NCBI GenBank assembly: GCA_965206275.1
Contig: OZ242203.1
Location: 1,123,190 to 1,187,189 of the forward strand
Source: Dehalococcoidia bacterium
Lineage (GTDB): Bacteria > Chloroflexota > Dehalococcoidia > UBA6926
DNA length: 64,000 nt
Reading direction: 5' to 3'
Under the pieces are notes generated by a model that made no database searches, was not told the DNA's origin, and was given only the letters and a program-made list of their open reading frames with translations. This document shows, one piece after another, positions 39,878 through 49,993 of the stretch; within the stretch, counting starts at the first letter, position 1, and the number at the start of each line of letters is the position of its first letter. The position numbers and the translations under genes are program-made.

Positions 39878-40825
39878 CTATGAGGCAGAGGGGATCGCGC
39901 CGAGCAGCATGGCCATCAGCGCAGCCTGCGCGTGCATCCGGTTCTCGGCCTGGTTGAAGACAATGGACTGCGGGTGCGTCAGCATCCCCTCGGAGATCTC
40001 CTCGCCCTCATGCGCGGGCAGATCATGCATGAACACCGACGTGGGTTTGGCCAGTTCCATGAGGTGCGGGTTGACCTGGTAGCCCCGGAAGTCACGCGCG
40101 CGCTGCTCGCGCTCCACCTCCTGACCCATGCTGGCCCACACGTCTGTGTAGACAACGTCCGCGCCCTCGACGGCATCCTCGGGTCTCAGGAGTAGCTGTG
40201 GGGCATGTCCGGCCGCTCCTGCCAGTTTCGTTGCCTGGGCGACTATGTCACTCGGCAGCTCATAGCCGGATGGCGAGGCGATGCGGAACTTCGCGCCAAC
40301 GAGCGCGCAGCCGAGCGCGAGGCTGGCCGCGACATTGTTGCCGTCGCCGATGAACGCAATGGTCAAGCCCTGCAGCGTTCCGAAGTGCTCACGGATGGCC
40401 TGCAGGTCTGCGAGGATCTGGCAGGGATGCTCGACATCCGAGAGAGCGTTGATAACGGGCACATCCGCCGCGTTGGCAAGGTCAACGAGCGTGCCATGCG
40501 AATTGACCCGGGCTGCGATGACATCCGCGTAACGGCTGAGGACTCGCGCAACGTCCTCCGGCGGCTCGCGTCCGCCGAGCCCAACTTCCTGCGGCAACAT
40601 GCTGAGGCTGTGGCCGCCCATCTTGCTCATGCCAAGCTCAAAGCTGACGCGTGTGCGCAGTGACGGCTTCTCCAGCAATAGGACGAGGCTGCGGCCACTC
40701 AGATTCGGTCGCAGTTCGCCCGTCCTGATGGCCATGGCGGCATCCAGGACGGCACGGACCTCTTCAGAGGTGAGGTCTGCCGACGACAGGAAATGGCGGC
40801 GCGGGGGCGCTTCCGTAAGTGTCAT
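39878..40825 (-). CDS. argF: ornithine carbamoyltransferase
   Basis: KPSLRT, HPCQ, GDGNN, YTDVWASMG, HDLP. Confidence 0.93.
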   Translation of the reverse strand: MTLTEAPPRRHFLSSADLTSEEVRAVLDAAMAIRTGELRPNLSGRSLVLLLEKPSLRTRVSFELGMSKMGGHSLSMLPQEVGLGGREPPEDVARVLSRYADVIAARVNSHGTLVDLANAADVPVINALSDVEHPCQILADLQAIREHFGTLQGLTIAFIGDGNNVAASLALGCALVGAKFRIASPSGYELPSDIVAQATKLAGAAGHAPQLLLRPEDAVEGADVVYTDVWASMGQEVEREQRARDFRGYQVNPHLMELAKPTSVFMHDLPAHEGEEISEGMLTHPQSIVFNQAENRMHAQAALMAMLLGAIPSAS

Positions 40826-40957
40826 AGTCCATTAATTCTACCCCTCAGCTACCAGAAGGCTATACACGCTGCTCAACCTGACGCGTGCAACTAGCCATCT
40901 ACGTCCGTATGCTTGAATCTGACATCCTGCTCAGGAACACAAGGATCAAGTAATTCC

Positions 40958-41686
40958 ATGCACAGACAAATCCCTCTCTCCGCACAATTTCTGCCACTAA
41001 TTGCTGTTGCGGCGCTGATACTGGTTCTGACGGCTGCGGCGTGCGGCACTGGCAGCGAATCTGACAGTGATGACGGCGAGGCTGATACGGTCGCTCCAAC
41101 AGCGACGGCAACGTCCGTTCCCACAGCCACCACGGCGGCGGACACAGCGATGGAGGAGGGCGTCTCCATCGTCCTACAGGCGGGTTTGGCCCGCTACCTA
41201 ATCCGCGAGGAGCTTACAGGCGTCCCGTTGCCATTTGACGCCATCGGCGAGACATCTCAGGTGACAGGAGCGCTCACGTTCACGGCGGACGGCGACGTGG
41301 TCGTGGAGAATTCACGCATCGTAATGAACGCGGCGAGCCTGCGGAGCGATGAGGCGAATCGCGACAGATACCTGCGCGGCAATGCCATTGAGACCGCGAC
41401 GTATCCGGAGATCATATTCGTCATGACGGGAGTGAGCGGGCTTGAGTGGCCGCTGCCAACGTCCGGTGAGATCGAGTTCACGATTGAGGGTGATCTGACC
41501 GTGCGCGACGTCACCCGTCCGGTGGAATGGGAAACGGTCGCCACGTTTGACGGCAATAACGTCAGCGGCACAGCCAAGACGAATTTCACCTTCGGCGAAT
41601 TCGAGATGGAGGTCCCGGATCTCTGGTTCATCGTCAGCCTGGAGGACAACATCCGCCTTGAACTTGAATTCGTGGCGGGGTGGTAG
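40958..41686 (+). CDS. YceI-family lipoprotein
   Basis: Signal peptide ending TAAAC; LRSD..NRD, YPEI.F, GDLTVRDVTRPV. Confidence 0.82.
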   Translation: MHRQIPLSAQFLPLIAVAALILVLTAAACGTGSESDSDDGEADTVAPTATATSVPTATTAADTAMEEGVSIVLQAGLARYLIREELTGVPLPFDAIGETSQVTGALTFTADGDVVVENSRIVMNAASLRSDEANRDRYLRGNAIETATYPEIIFVMTGVSGLEWPLPTSGEIEFTIEGDLTVRDVTRPVEWETVATFDGNNVSGTAKTNFTFGEFEMEVPDLWFIVSLEDNIRLELEFVAGW

Positions 41687-41758
41687 GCAGTTAGAGAGCC
41701 GCACTTTTCCGCTCTCACTACCCCCTACAATCTATAGCGCAGGGGGTGATGATTCTCG

Positions 41759-42619
41759 ATGGCGATGGAGCTGATTCGGACGATTGAGGAGTTTCGGCGC
41801 GTGCGTGAAGACGTGCGCGCGGCGGGTTCTCTCGGGTTCGTGCCGACGATGGGTTTTCTGCATGAGGGCCATATCTCGCTTGTTGATCTGGCGCGAGCGG
41901 AGAATACGGTAGTTGCCGCGTCCATCTTCGTGAACCCGGCGCAGTTCGGCCCTAATGAGGACCTGGCCGCCTATCCACGCGATCTTGAGCGTGACATGGA
42001 GATGCTTGAAGCGGCCGGGTGCAACCTGCTCTTTCACCCCTCGCCGGAGGAGATGTATCCGCCGCCGGAGCAAGACGTCTACGTGGTGCCGGGGGATATT
42101 GCCTCCCGCCTTGAGGGAGCCGCGCGGCCCACTCATTTCAGGGGTGTTGCGACAGTCGTGATAAAACTGTTCAACATCGTGCAGCCGGACCGCTCGTACC
42201 TTGGCCAAAAGGACGGCCAGCAGGTGGCGGTCATCCGCCGCATGATGCGCGATCTCAACGTGCCGGGGGAATTGGTCGTGGGCCCGACGGTGCGCGAGCC
42301 GGACGGCCTCGCCATGTCCAGCCGCAACACGTATCTGACAACGGAGGAGCGGGCGGCCGCGCCGATCATTTACCAGGCGTTGACGGAAGCGCTGGATCTC
42401 TATCGCGCCGGGCAGATGGACGCGGACATACTGCGCGACACAATCCGGACAACCCTCGAATCGGAGCGGCTGGTGGCGTCTATCGATTACGTCTCCATTG
42501 CCGACCCTCTGACACTCGCGGAGGCTGAGGGTGAGGTGGCTGAGGGCGCAATGGCGTCGACTGCGGTACAGATGGGTAAGCCGCGGCTGCTGGACAACAT
42601 TATTCTGACGCGGTCATAG
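41759..42619 (+). CDS. panC: pantoate--beta-alanine ligase
   Basis: VPTMGFLHEGH, FVNPAQF, GQKD, GLAMSSRN, RLLDN. Confidence 0.95.
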   Translation: MAMELIRTIEEFRRVREDVRAAGSLGFVPTMGFLHEGHISLVDLARAENTVVAASIFVNPAQFGPNEDLAAYPRDLERDMEMLEAAGCNLLFHPSPEEMYPPPEQDVYVVPGDIASRLEGAARPTHFRGVATVVIKLFNIVQPDRSYLGQKDGQQVAVIRRMMRDLNVPGELVVGPTVREPDGLAMSSRNTYLTTEERAAAPIIYQALTEALDLYRAGQMDADILRDTIRTTLESERLVASIDYVSIADPLTLAEAEGEVAEGAMASTAVQMGKPRLLDNIILTRS

Positions 42620-42630
42620 ACGCCTTTCAC

Positions 42631-43437
42631 ATGAATACACCGATGGATTGGGACGACCTCCGCCGTGAGACGGCGTCGCTGCGTGAGGAACGGGCCGAGA
42701 CGGCGGTCGAGCTCGCGGCGCGGGGGGCGCAGCTTCTCCACCGGGCTCTGACGGAGATGTACATCGGGGAGCCGGAGCCCCTGCGGGAGATTGCGCTCAC
42801 CATCGGGGACGCGCGCCCGGAGGTCGTCGCGATACGGAACGTCGGCGTGTCCGCCTACCGCACGGCCCGGGAGGCGCGATCCGGAGACCGGATGGCGGCG
42901 GCGGCGAGGAGTGTTGCGCGGCTGGCGCGGCTGCTGGGAGACACTCCGGCATCACTTGGGCGGCGCGGGCAACCCCTGCTGCCGGAGAATGCCACAGTTG
43001 TAACCATGGGCCGTTCAAAGAGTGTCCGCGCAGCCATTGCGCTGGCCGGAGACCGCATTGTCGAGACGCGGGATTCCACGCTGGCCTTGGCGGACAACCG
43101 GAGGGATCTTGATGGAGCAGATATCGTCCTATTGGGCTGTACAGCGTTTTTGGCGGACGGCTCGATGGCGGCAGACCCGGGGACGCTGGCGCTTGTGGAG
43201 ACCGCTGCGGACCGCGATCCCGTCGTGCCAGTCCACTTCTTCGCGGACACCCTCAAGCTGGCGCCGTGGCTGCCCGGGCGGAGCAACGGTCAATCCTCTA
43301 TTGAACTGGACATCATCCCGCCCGAGTACGTCGATCATGTGATAACCGAGGACGGTATACGACGCCCGGGGCAGTTGCTACAAGCAGCGGCGGACCTGGC
43401 CACCTGGTGGCGGATGCTTGAAACGCCGGAGGGGTGA
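42631..43437 (+). CDS. divergent eIF-2B alpha/beta/delta-like (sugar-phosphate isomerase fold) protein
   Basis: GA..L, ARP....IRN, VTMGRSKSV, D.VLLG, GT..L, C-terminal IPPEYVDHVITEDG. Confidence 0.6.
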   Translation: MNTPMDWDDLRRETASLREERAETAVELAARGAQLLHRALTEMYIGEPEPLREIALTIGDARPEVVAIRNVGVSAYRTAREARSGDRMAAAARSVARLARLLGDTPASLGRRGQPLLPENATVVTMGRSKSVRAAIALAGDRIVETRDSTLALADNRRDLDGADIVLLGCTAFLADGSMAADPGTLALVETAADRDPVVPVHFFADTLKLAPWLPGRSNGQSSIELDIIPPEYVDHVITEDGIRRPGQLLQAAADLATWWRMLETPEG

Positions 43438-43446
43438 GGTTCGCCT

Positions 43447-46400
43447 CTACAGCGTCAAGCGTGAATACAACTGCGGCAGGCGCTTGGGGAGGAGTTCGAT
43501 GTCGGCGAGCACTTCGTACGGGAGGTCGCCGCACATCTCTTTCATGTAATCGTGGCCGGCGCGGTCCACCGTGAGCAGGAACGGGATGATTCCCTTGGCC
43601 TTGGCTTGCACGAGCGCATCATGGGTATCGTGGACAGCGTATTCCTTCTCCGCGCCCTCGCGACTGTACCCGCGGTCCTGCGGGCGGCCATCCGAAATCA
43701 GAAACAGTACCTTGGTCTTGGCGCTCACGTCATCCAGCTTGGCGGTCGCGTGGCGGATAGCCGGGCCCATGCGAGTGGCGTGGAGCGGCGTAATGCCGTC
43801 AATGCGCTTGGCGACGCGGTCTGAGAACTGCTCTTCCAGGCCCTTCACGCTGTAGAACTCCACGTTCTCGCGGCCATAGCCGGAGAAGCCGTAGATGCCG
43901 TACTGATCGCCGATGGTCTCAAGCGCGCGGATCAGCAGTACGGTTGATTCCTTTTCCAGGTCGATGATGCGGAGATAGGAGCGTTTCTGCTGCTCGCGGC
44001 GGGAGCGCAGCCAGAAGAGGTATTGGCGGGGATCGTCCGGGATGTCCTCATCGTCATCGTCGAAGTCTGAGCGCTCCTCGATGGCCTCCGCCGTCGACGC
44101 ACTCATATCAAGCAGGAAGATGACGGCCACGTCGCGTTCGGTCTTGTTGCGCCGCCAGTAGACCTTGTCGTCCGGCGTCGCGCCCGCCCGGCGCTGCACG
44201 ATGGCGTCGATAACGGCATCGAGGTCGAACTCCTCGCCGTCCGTCAGGCGCTTCTCCTTGCGGTACGTCTCCGGCACCATCATCTCGAACTGCCGCCGCA
44301 CCTCGTTGATGAGGCCAGCATGGCGCTCGATGGTCTGCTCGTAGAATTCCGCGGAGCCTTCCTGCATGGTGGACTCGCGGACGCGGCACCACGCGGGCTT
44401 GTAGTCGAGCGCCACGAAGTCCCACTCGTCATAGAGCGCGGTCTGTTCCTGCTCCTCCAGCGATTCCTCGTTCTCGTCGCCGTCGCCCTTACCGCTTCCA
44501 ACCTCGCCCATCTCGTCATTGAACTCGGCGTCCGGGCCTTCGATGGCCTCGCTCATCAGGCTTGAGATGAATAGGCCGCTTGGGTCGTCGATGTCGCCCT
44601 CGACGACGCTTGAAAGGTCGATCTCAGCGCTCTTCTCAAGAAGCTGACGGACCATCTCCTCCGTGAGAGGCGGGGCCTGCACGCTGTCTTCGGCGCGCTG
44701 CTGCCCCTTGCGGAGGTTAGCGAGCGTCTGAACAAGCTCCGGCTTGAAATCGCCGCGATAGTCCACGTCCTGCGGGGACTGATACGGAACGTCCTGCTCG
44801 GTGCCGGAGCCGGGCACAAAGTCCTCACCGCCCATCTGGGCGCTGTCCGCCTCCTGCACCCCCTGCGCCGCCTCTCCGCCAAGTTCATCGAGGTCCATGT
44901 CTTCCCAATCGAGATCGGGCTGCGGCATGGTGTTCGGCACGTTGATCAACAGGCGATAGAGAATCACAGTCGCCTCGGCAGAGTCCTCCACGGTTGCCTC
45001 GTCATGGCGGAGACGAGCCAGGATGACGGCCATGCGCTCAACAACGTCGCGCAGGCTCTGCGGGACGGGGATCTTCTTGTCGCCCTCGAGCAGGGTCATG
45101 CGTATGAGCAGCTCGATAAGCGCCATCCGGAGAGGGAGCTGCTGCGGGGCGGGGCGGCCAATCACGGCGGCGGCCTGCACCATTCCATAGGCGCGGCGCA
45201 GTCCGCGGTAGTGCTGTCTGACCAAGTGATCGACGCGGGCGTCTTCTAAAGCGCCGAATAAGTCGGACGCGAGGCGACGCTCCGGGAAAAGGTCAAAGAA
45301 CCGCTCATAGTCCGAGAGGACTGCGGTGGTTACGCCGGTCATCTCCGGGTTCGGCGCTGCGGCAACGGGCTCACGAGACACCCCATCACCGTTCTGTTCC
45401 TTTGCCCGCTCAGCGAGCGCAGGACGGGTGAGCGGGAAGATATTGCCCGCGCGGTTGAAGTTGAAAGTGAAGCTGTCGAACTCAAGGTGGCCGGTCTGGT
45501 GTGTGCAGAGAACCTTGAACCAGCCGAAGTTGTCGTCCTTGGTCTCAAAGAGCGCGATTTCCGGTGGGAGGAAGACGTTGGTGCCGTCCGTGGAGGCGCG
45601 ATCCTCCGTAGCCCAGCCGATGCTGCGGTTTGCAAGTTCCGGGGTGGGTCGCAGCTGCATGTCGCCGCCGGTAAGGCCGCGCGCGTACATCTGCAGGATA
45701 GGAGCGATATCCTCAAGGCTGACGGTGGCGGAGAGTTCCTGAATCAGGGCCTCGCCGCGCGCGGATTCCAGCTTGAAGAAGGCGATGCCGGCGGCTTCGT
45801 TCCGCTCAAGCATCGTGACACCCTCCTGGAACCATCTGACGAGGTTGTCGTCGTCGATGCGATCAAGGACCTGCGGGGCAGCGCGGAGAAACTCAACTGC
45901 GGCCTCCTCGGACAGCCCGCACAGCACCTCAAAGTCGTCGAGCGCTTGCCGGTGCATGTGGAGAGGGAGATCGCTGATGGCGCGAGAGCCTTCGGCCAGG
46001 AAAGACAGGTAGCGCTTGCCGCCATCGTCAGCCAGGTTGATGGCAAACGTCAGGAATCGCTGTCGTTCCGAGCGGACGATGCGCGGAAGGGCGACTGCGG
46101 CGGCACGCTGTGTTTCCTTGGCGTACTTCCAGTTGCGACTAGCGGTCGCGTCCAGTAGCTCCAGGTACGTGTCGATGGTCTCGTCATCCACGTATGGCAG
46201 GGAGTCCGGCGCCATCGTCAGGCATTCTTCCGCGAGTTCGCTGGAGTGCTGGGCGACGTGGTCAAGGAAGTTTGCAAAAGTGGCGAGGTCGCTCAGCCTT
46301 ACGTGGTCAAGAAGGCCCGGGCTCACCTCAAAGAACCGGGCGGCCAGCGCGCCCGATTTCCAAGTTCCATGGAAAAGCGTTTCGGCAGCCGAGATCCACG

Positions 46401-46788
46401 CGGGCAGGCGGCCAACGTCGCGGCGTTCAAGGAATCCGGCGCTGGCGCGGAAGAACGAGGAGGCAAGCGCGGCGGAGTGCGCCGACAATGCCCGGCCGCT
46501 CTCGTACCATGCTGTGGCCTCATGCGGCCTCTCCAGCGCGTCAAGGACGGCTGGGGAGGAGCGGACATACTCCGCGGCGGCTTCCCATGCGCGGAACGAG
46601 GCTCCCGCGATGCCAAGAGCCGCCGACAGCCACTGGTCGTAATGCTCTTCACTGCCGAGGCGATGCTCAACGTGCTCGGTCGCGCCGTGGTAGGCCTGCC
46701 CAACCGCGGCGGGCAATGCGAGCAATTCGGCAATCAACTCATCACGCGTTGGTGATGCGCTGCCTGTTCCGCCTTGTTCCGATGTCAT
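43447..46788 (-). CDS. NorD/CbbO-like VWA-domain protein with long N-terminal helical extension
   Basis: MIDAS LLDMSAST, TRMGPAIRHA, ISDGRPQD; ASTDG and LEDARVD motifs; 1113 aa. Confidence 0.82.
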   Translation of the reverse strand: MTSEQGGTGSASPTRDELIAELLALPAAVGQAYHGATEHVEHRLGSEEHYDQWLSAALGIAGASFRAWEAAAEYVRSSPAVLDALERPHEATAWYESGRALSAHSAALASSFFRASAGFLERRDVGRLPAWISAAETLFHGTWKSGALAARFFEVSPGLLDHVRLSDLATFANFLDHVAQHSSELAEECLTMAPDSLPYVDDETIDTYLELLDATASRNWKYAKETQRAAAVALPRIVRSERQRFLTFAINLADDGGKRYLSFLAEGSRAISDLPLHMHRQALDDFEVLCGLSEEAAVEFLRAAPQVLDRIDDDNLVRWFQEGVTMLERNEAAGIAFFKLESARGEALIQELSATVSLEDIAPILQMYARGLTGGDMQLRPTPELANRSIGWATEDRASTDGTNVFLPPEIALFETKDDNFGWFKVLCTHQTGHLEFDSFTFNFNRAGNIFPLTRPALAERAKEQNGDGVSREPVAAAPNPEMTGVTTAVLSDYERFFDLFPERRLASDLFGALEDARVDHLVRQHYRGLRRAYGMVQAAAVIGRPAPQQLPLRMALIELLIRMTLLEGDKKIPVPQSLRDVVERMAVILARLRHDEATVEDSAEATVILYRLLINVPNTMPQPDLDWEDMDLDELGGEAAQGVQEADSAQMGGEDFVPGSGTEQDVPYQSPQDVDYRGDFKPELVQTLANLRKGQQRAEDSVQAPPLTEEMVRQLLEKSAEIDLSSVVEGDIDDPSGLFISSLMSEAIEGPDAEFNDEMGEVGSGKGDGDENEESLEEQEQTALYDEWDFVALDYKPAWCRVRESTMQEGSAEFYEQTIERHAGLINEVRRQFEMMVPETYRKEKRLTDGEEFDLDAVIDAIVQRRAGATPDDKVYWRRNKTERDVAVIFLLDMSASTAEAIEERSDFDDDDEDIPDDPRQYLFWLRSRREQQKRSYLRIIDLEKESTVLLIRALETIGDQYGIYGFSGYGRENVEFYSVKGLEEQFSDRVAKRIDGITPLHATRMGPAIRHATAKLDDVSAKTKVLFLISDGRPQDRGYSREGAEKEYAVHDTHDALVQAKAKGIIPFLLTVDRAGHDYMKEMCGDLPYEVLADIELLPKRLPQLYSRLTL

Positions 46789-46843
46789 TCGTTCTTGGGT
46801 TTATTCCGACCGAGCAGCCGCATACGCGCAGCTTGGCCGTCCT

Positions 46844-47743
46844 CTATTCAAAGATGCTTGTCGTAATCTCCCGGATGCTGCGCTGTACGGAGGGGTCGTC
46901 AGTCAGTGCGTCGGAGATGGCCACGTCACACGCGCGGCGTGGGGAGACGCCCCGGGAAATCAGTTTGCCCGCGTAGATCAGCAGGCGCGTCGAGACGCCC
47001 TCCTGCAGGCCATGCTCCTTGAGATTGCGGATCTTCTCACCGAGGCGGGCAAGCAGGTCGGCAGAGTCCTCATCGACGCCGCTCTCCTGGAGGACAATCT
47101 GCGCCTCATACTCCCGCGGCGGGTAGTCGAACTCCATCGCGACGAAGCGCTGTCGCGTGGACTGCTTGAGGTCCTTGAGGGCGCTCTGGTAGCCGGGGTT
47201 ATAGGAGATGACCAGCAGGAACCCGTCCGCAGCCTCCAGGATCTGGCCGCGCTTCTCAACAGGGAGGAGGCGGCGATGGTCCGTCAGCGGGTGGATGAGA
47301 ACGGTGGTGTCCTTGCGGGCCTCAACGACCTCATCCAGGTAGCAGATCGCGCCGGTCTTGACTGCGCGAGTCAGCGGACCGTCAACCCACTTGGTCTCCT
47401 CGCCCTCGAGCAGGAACCGGCCAACGAGGTCGCTGGCGGTCAGGTCCTCATGGGCGGCGATGGTCACGAGCGCCTTGCCGTGGGAATCTTCCTTGCCGTC
47501 CGGCCTGACGGTGGTTATGGGGCGGCCAAGCCGCCACGCCATGTATTCAACAAAGCGCGTCTTGCCGCAGCCCGTTGGGCCCTTGAGGATGACGGGAATC
47601 TTCTCTTCGTAGGCTGCGGTGAACACTTCTACCTCGTCCCTGATGGGCAGGTAGTAGGGCTCACTGTCAATGGTGTATTCCTCGATCTCGTACTCGGAGT
47701 ACGACATCACGGTGGCGTCTTTGAGAACTGTCTGCTCGGTCAT
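46844..47743 (-). CDS. CbbQ/NirQ/NorQ-family MoxR AAA+ ATPase
   Basis: [46 protein letters not shown]. Confidence 0.92.
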   Translation of the reverse strand: MTEQTVLKDATVMSYSEYEIEEYTIDSEPYYLPIRDEVEVFTAAYEEKIPVILKGPTGCGKTRFVEYMAWRLGRPITTVRPDGKEDSHGKALVTIAAHEDLTASDLVGRFLLEGEETKWVDGPLTRAVKTGAICYLDEVVEARKDTTVLIHPLTDHRRLLPVEKRGQILEAADGFLLVISYNPGYQSALKDLKQSTRQRFVAMEFDYPPREYEAQIVLQESGVDEDSADLLARLGEKIRNLKEHGLQEGVSTRLLIYAGKLISRGVSPRRACDVAISDALTDDPSVQRSIREITTSIFE

Positions 47744-47785
47744 TCCAATCCCTTTGAGTGGTTTCAATCCGTATAAGAAATCAGC

Positions 47786-48394
47786 CTAGAGGAACGGGCG
47801 GATGCGGGCATGCCAGAGCTCGCCAACGCGGATGCGGAGTTCCTCAATGGTGCCAGTGTTCTGGAGGAGGACGTCCGCTTCGTCCGCGCGTTCCTCGTTG
47901 GAGAGCTGCGCGTTGATTCGCTGTTTCGCCTGTTCTTCCGTGAGACCGTTGCGGGACTGTAGACGTGAGATGGCATCCGCTTCAGATGCCTCCGTGACCC
48001 ACAGCTCGTCGCACATATCCGTCCAGCCCGCCTCAATCATGATTGCGGCTTCCAGGACGGCAATCTTGGCGCCGCCTTCGCGCAAGTCCGCGATGGTCTT
48101 CTCGGCCAGCGCGCGAATCCTCGGCCACGTGATTTCATTGAGCGCCGTGAGTTCGGCCGGGTCAGCAAATACGATCGCGCCGAGCTTGCGACGGTCAATC
48201 TCTCGCGTGTCCGGATTCATCAGGTCGTCCCCCCACCGGGCCAGGATGTCCTTCCACGCGTCTGTATCAGGCAGATAAGCCTGATGTCCCAGCTCATCGC
48301 CGCTGATGACAGTGGCTTCGTACTCATCGCGGAGAATCTCGCTCACGAGGCTCTTCCCGCTTGCAATCCCCCCTGTCAGGCCAATGACCTGCAT
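47786..48394 (-). CDS. coaE: dephospho-CoA kinase
   Basis: GLTGGIASGKS, DRRKLGAIVF, RINAQ. Confidence 0.93.
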   Translation of the reverse strand: MQVIGLTGGIASGKSLVSEILRDEYEATVISGDELGHQAYLPDTDAWKDILARWGDDLMNPDTREIDRRKLGAIVFADPAELTALNEITWPRIRALAEKTIADLREGGAKIAVLEAAIMIEAGWTDMCDELWVTEASEADAISRLQSRNGLTEEQAKQRINAQLSNEERADEADVLLQNTGTIEELRIRVGELWHARIRPFL

Positions 48395-48549
48395 TCCTTT
48401 ACCCCCTCACCGTTCGGCCAGTGCCCGAACCAATGGTTGTATGGCCGCGCATTTCGTACGCGCGCCCGAACTAGTAGTATACGGCACGACTAGCGCCCCC
48501 CGCACAGGGGATTACCGCCGTCCCGCACGTTCATAAGCGATAATCAGGT

Positions 48550-49977
48550 ATGACACAGTCACCGGAGGAGAACTCAGCCGATGGGCGGCATCGGCAATCC
48601 AATGCCCTGCGCGCGCTGCCCAGCGTGGATCGACTGGTCGGCAGCGAGCCGTTGGGAGCGCTGGCGGAAAGTGTTGGCGCCGATGCGGTGACGCACGCCG
48701 CCCGGCAAGCAATCGCCGACGCGCGTTCGGCGATTCTCACGGGCACGACGGACGCCGCCCCTGATCTGGATTCCCTCGCCGAACAGGTTGCAGCCTCCAT
48801 TGACGACCTCCTGGGGCCGCGACCGCGCCGTGTCATCAACGCTGCAGGTGTCATCATCCATACGAACCTGGGACGCGCGCCGCTGAGCCGGGCCGCCATA
48901 GAGGCGATGGGCAACGTGGCGCGGGGGTACTCCGACCTCGAGTACGACCTGCAGGCCGGAGAGCGTGGCTCCCGACACGCACACCCGGAACGGCTGCTGC
49001 AATTCCTGACAGGCGCGGAGGCGGCCATTGTGGTCAATAACAACGCCTCTGCCGTGCTGCTTGCCCTGGCCGCCATCGCCGGGGGGCGGGAAGTTATCGT
49101 CTCGCGGGGTGAGGCGGTGGAGATTGGCGGGCGGTTCAGGATACCGGACGTGCTTCGGCAGAGCGGAGCGACTCTTGTTGAGGTCGGGACGACGAACCGC
49201 ACCTATGCCGCGGACTACGCGGAGGCCATTACGGACAACACCGGCGCGCTGCTGCGGGTGCATCGCAGCAATTTCCTTGTTGTCGGATTCACGAGCACGC
49301 CGGACGCGGCGGAGATCGCGGAGATTGCGCGCGGGCGCGACGTTCCTCTTATCAACGATCTTGGCTCAGGCTGTCTGCTGGACACCGCGCAGTTCGGCCT
49401 CGCGCCAGAACCGACCGTGCGCGACACGCTGGAACGCGAGGGGTCGGACATTGCAATGTTCTCCGGCGACAAGCTGCTGGGCGGGCCGCAGGCCGGCGTA
49501 GCTGTAGGACGCAAGGACCTCATCGACAAGATGAAGTCCCACCCACTCGCCCGCGCCGTACGAATCGATAAGCTGGACCTGGCGGCGCTGACGGCGACGC
49601 TGCAAGCGTACGCGCGCGGCGCGGCGCTAACCGAAGTGCCCGTGTGGCGCATGATCTCTGCAGACGTGGCGGCGCTGGACGAGCGGGCGCTGCGGTGGCA
49701 GGAGGAAATCGGCGGGGAGGGCCTGCGCGTGGTGGAGGCGGAAACGGCTGTCGGCGGCGGGAGCTTGCCGGGCGGAACGCTGCCGACACGGGCGCTCGCA
49801 ATCGAGCCTTCGCGGGCCAACGCGGACGCGCTGGCGGAACGGCTGCGCGTGTCAGGCTCTCATCCGGCCATCATTGGCCGCATCGATGAAGACCGCCTGC
49901 TGCTTGACCCCCGCACCGTGCTGCCGGAAGAAGATGACGAGTTGATCTGGGCAGTACGCGCGGCGCTGGAAGGCTAG
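48550..49977 (+). CDS. selA: L-seryl-tRNA(Sec) selenium transferase
   Basis: VINAAGVIIHTNLGRAPL, VNNNA, EVGTTNRT, FSGDKLLGGPQAG. Confidence 0.93.
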   Translation: MTQSPEENSADGRHRQSNALRALPSVDRLVGSEPLGALAESVGADAVTHAARQAIADARSAILTGTTDAAPDLDSLAEQVAASIDDLLGPRPRRVINAAGVIIHTNLGRAPLSRAAIEAMGNVARGYSDLEYDLQAGERGSRHAHPERLLQFLTGAEAAIVVNNNASAVLLALAAIAGGREVIVSRGEAVEIGGRFRIPDVLRQSGATLVEVGTTNRTYAADYAEAITDNTGALLRVHRSNFLVVGFTSTPDAAEIAEIARGRDVPLINDLGSGCLLDTAQFGLAPEPTVRDTLEREGSDIAMFSGDKLLGGPQAGVAVGRKDLIDKMKSHPLARAVRIDKLDLAALTATLQAYARGAALTEVPVWRMISADVAALDERALRWQEEIGGEGLRVVEAETAVGGGSLPGGTLPTRALAIEPSRANADALAERLRVSGSHPAIIGRIDEDRLLLDPRTVLPEEDDELIWAVRAALEG

Positions 49978-49993
49978 CAGGGCCCTGTCTCCC

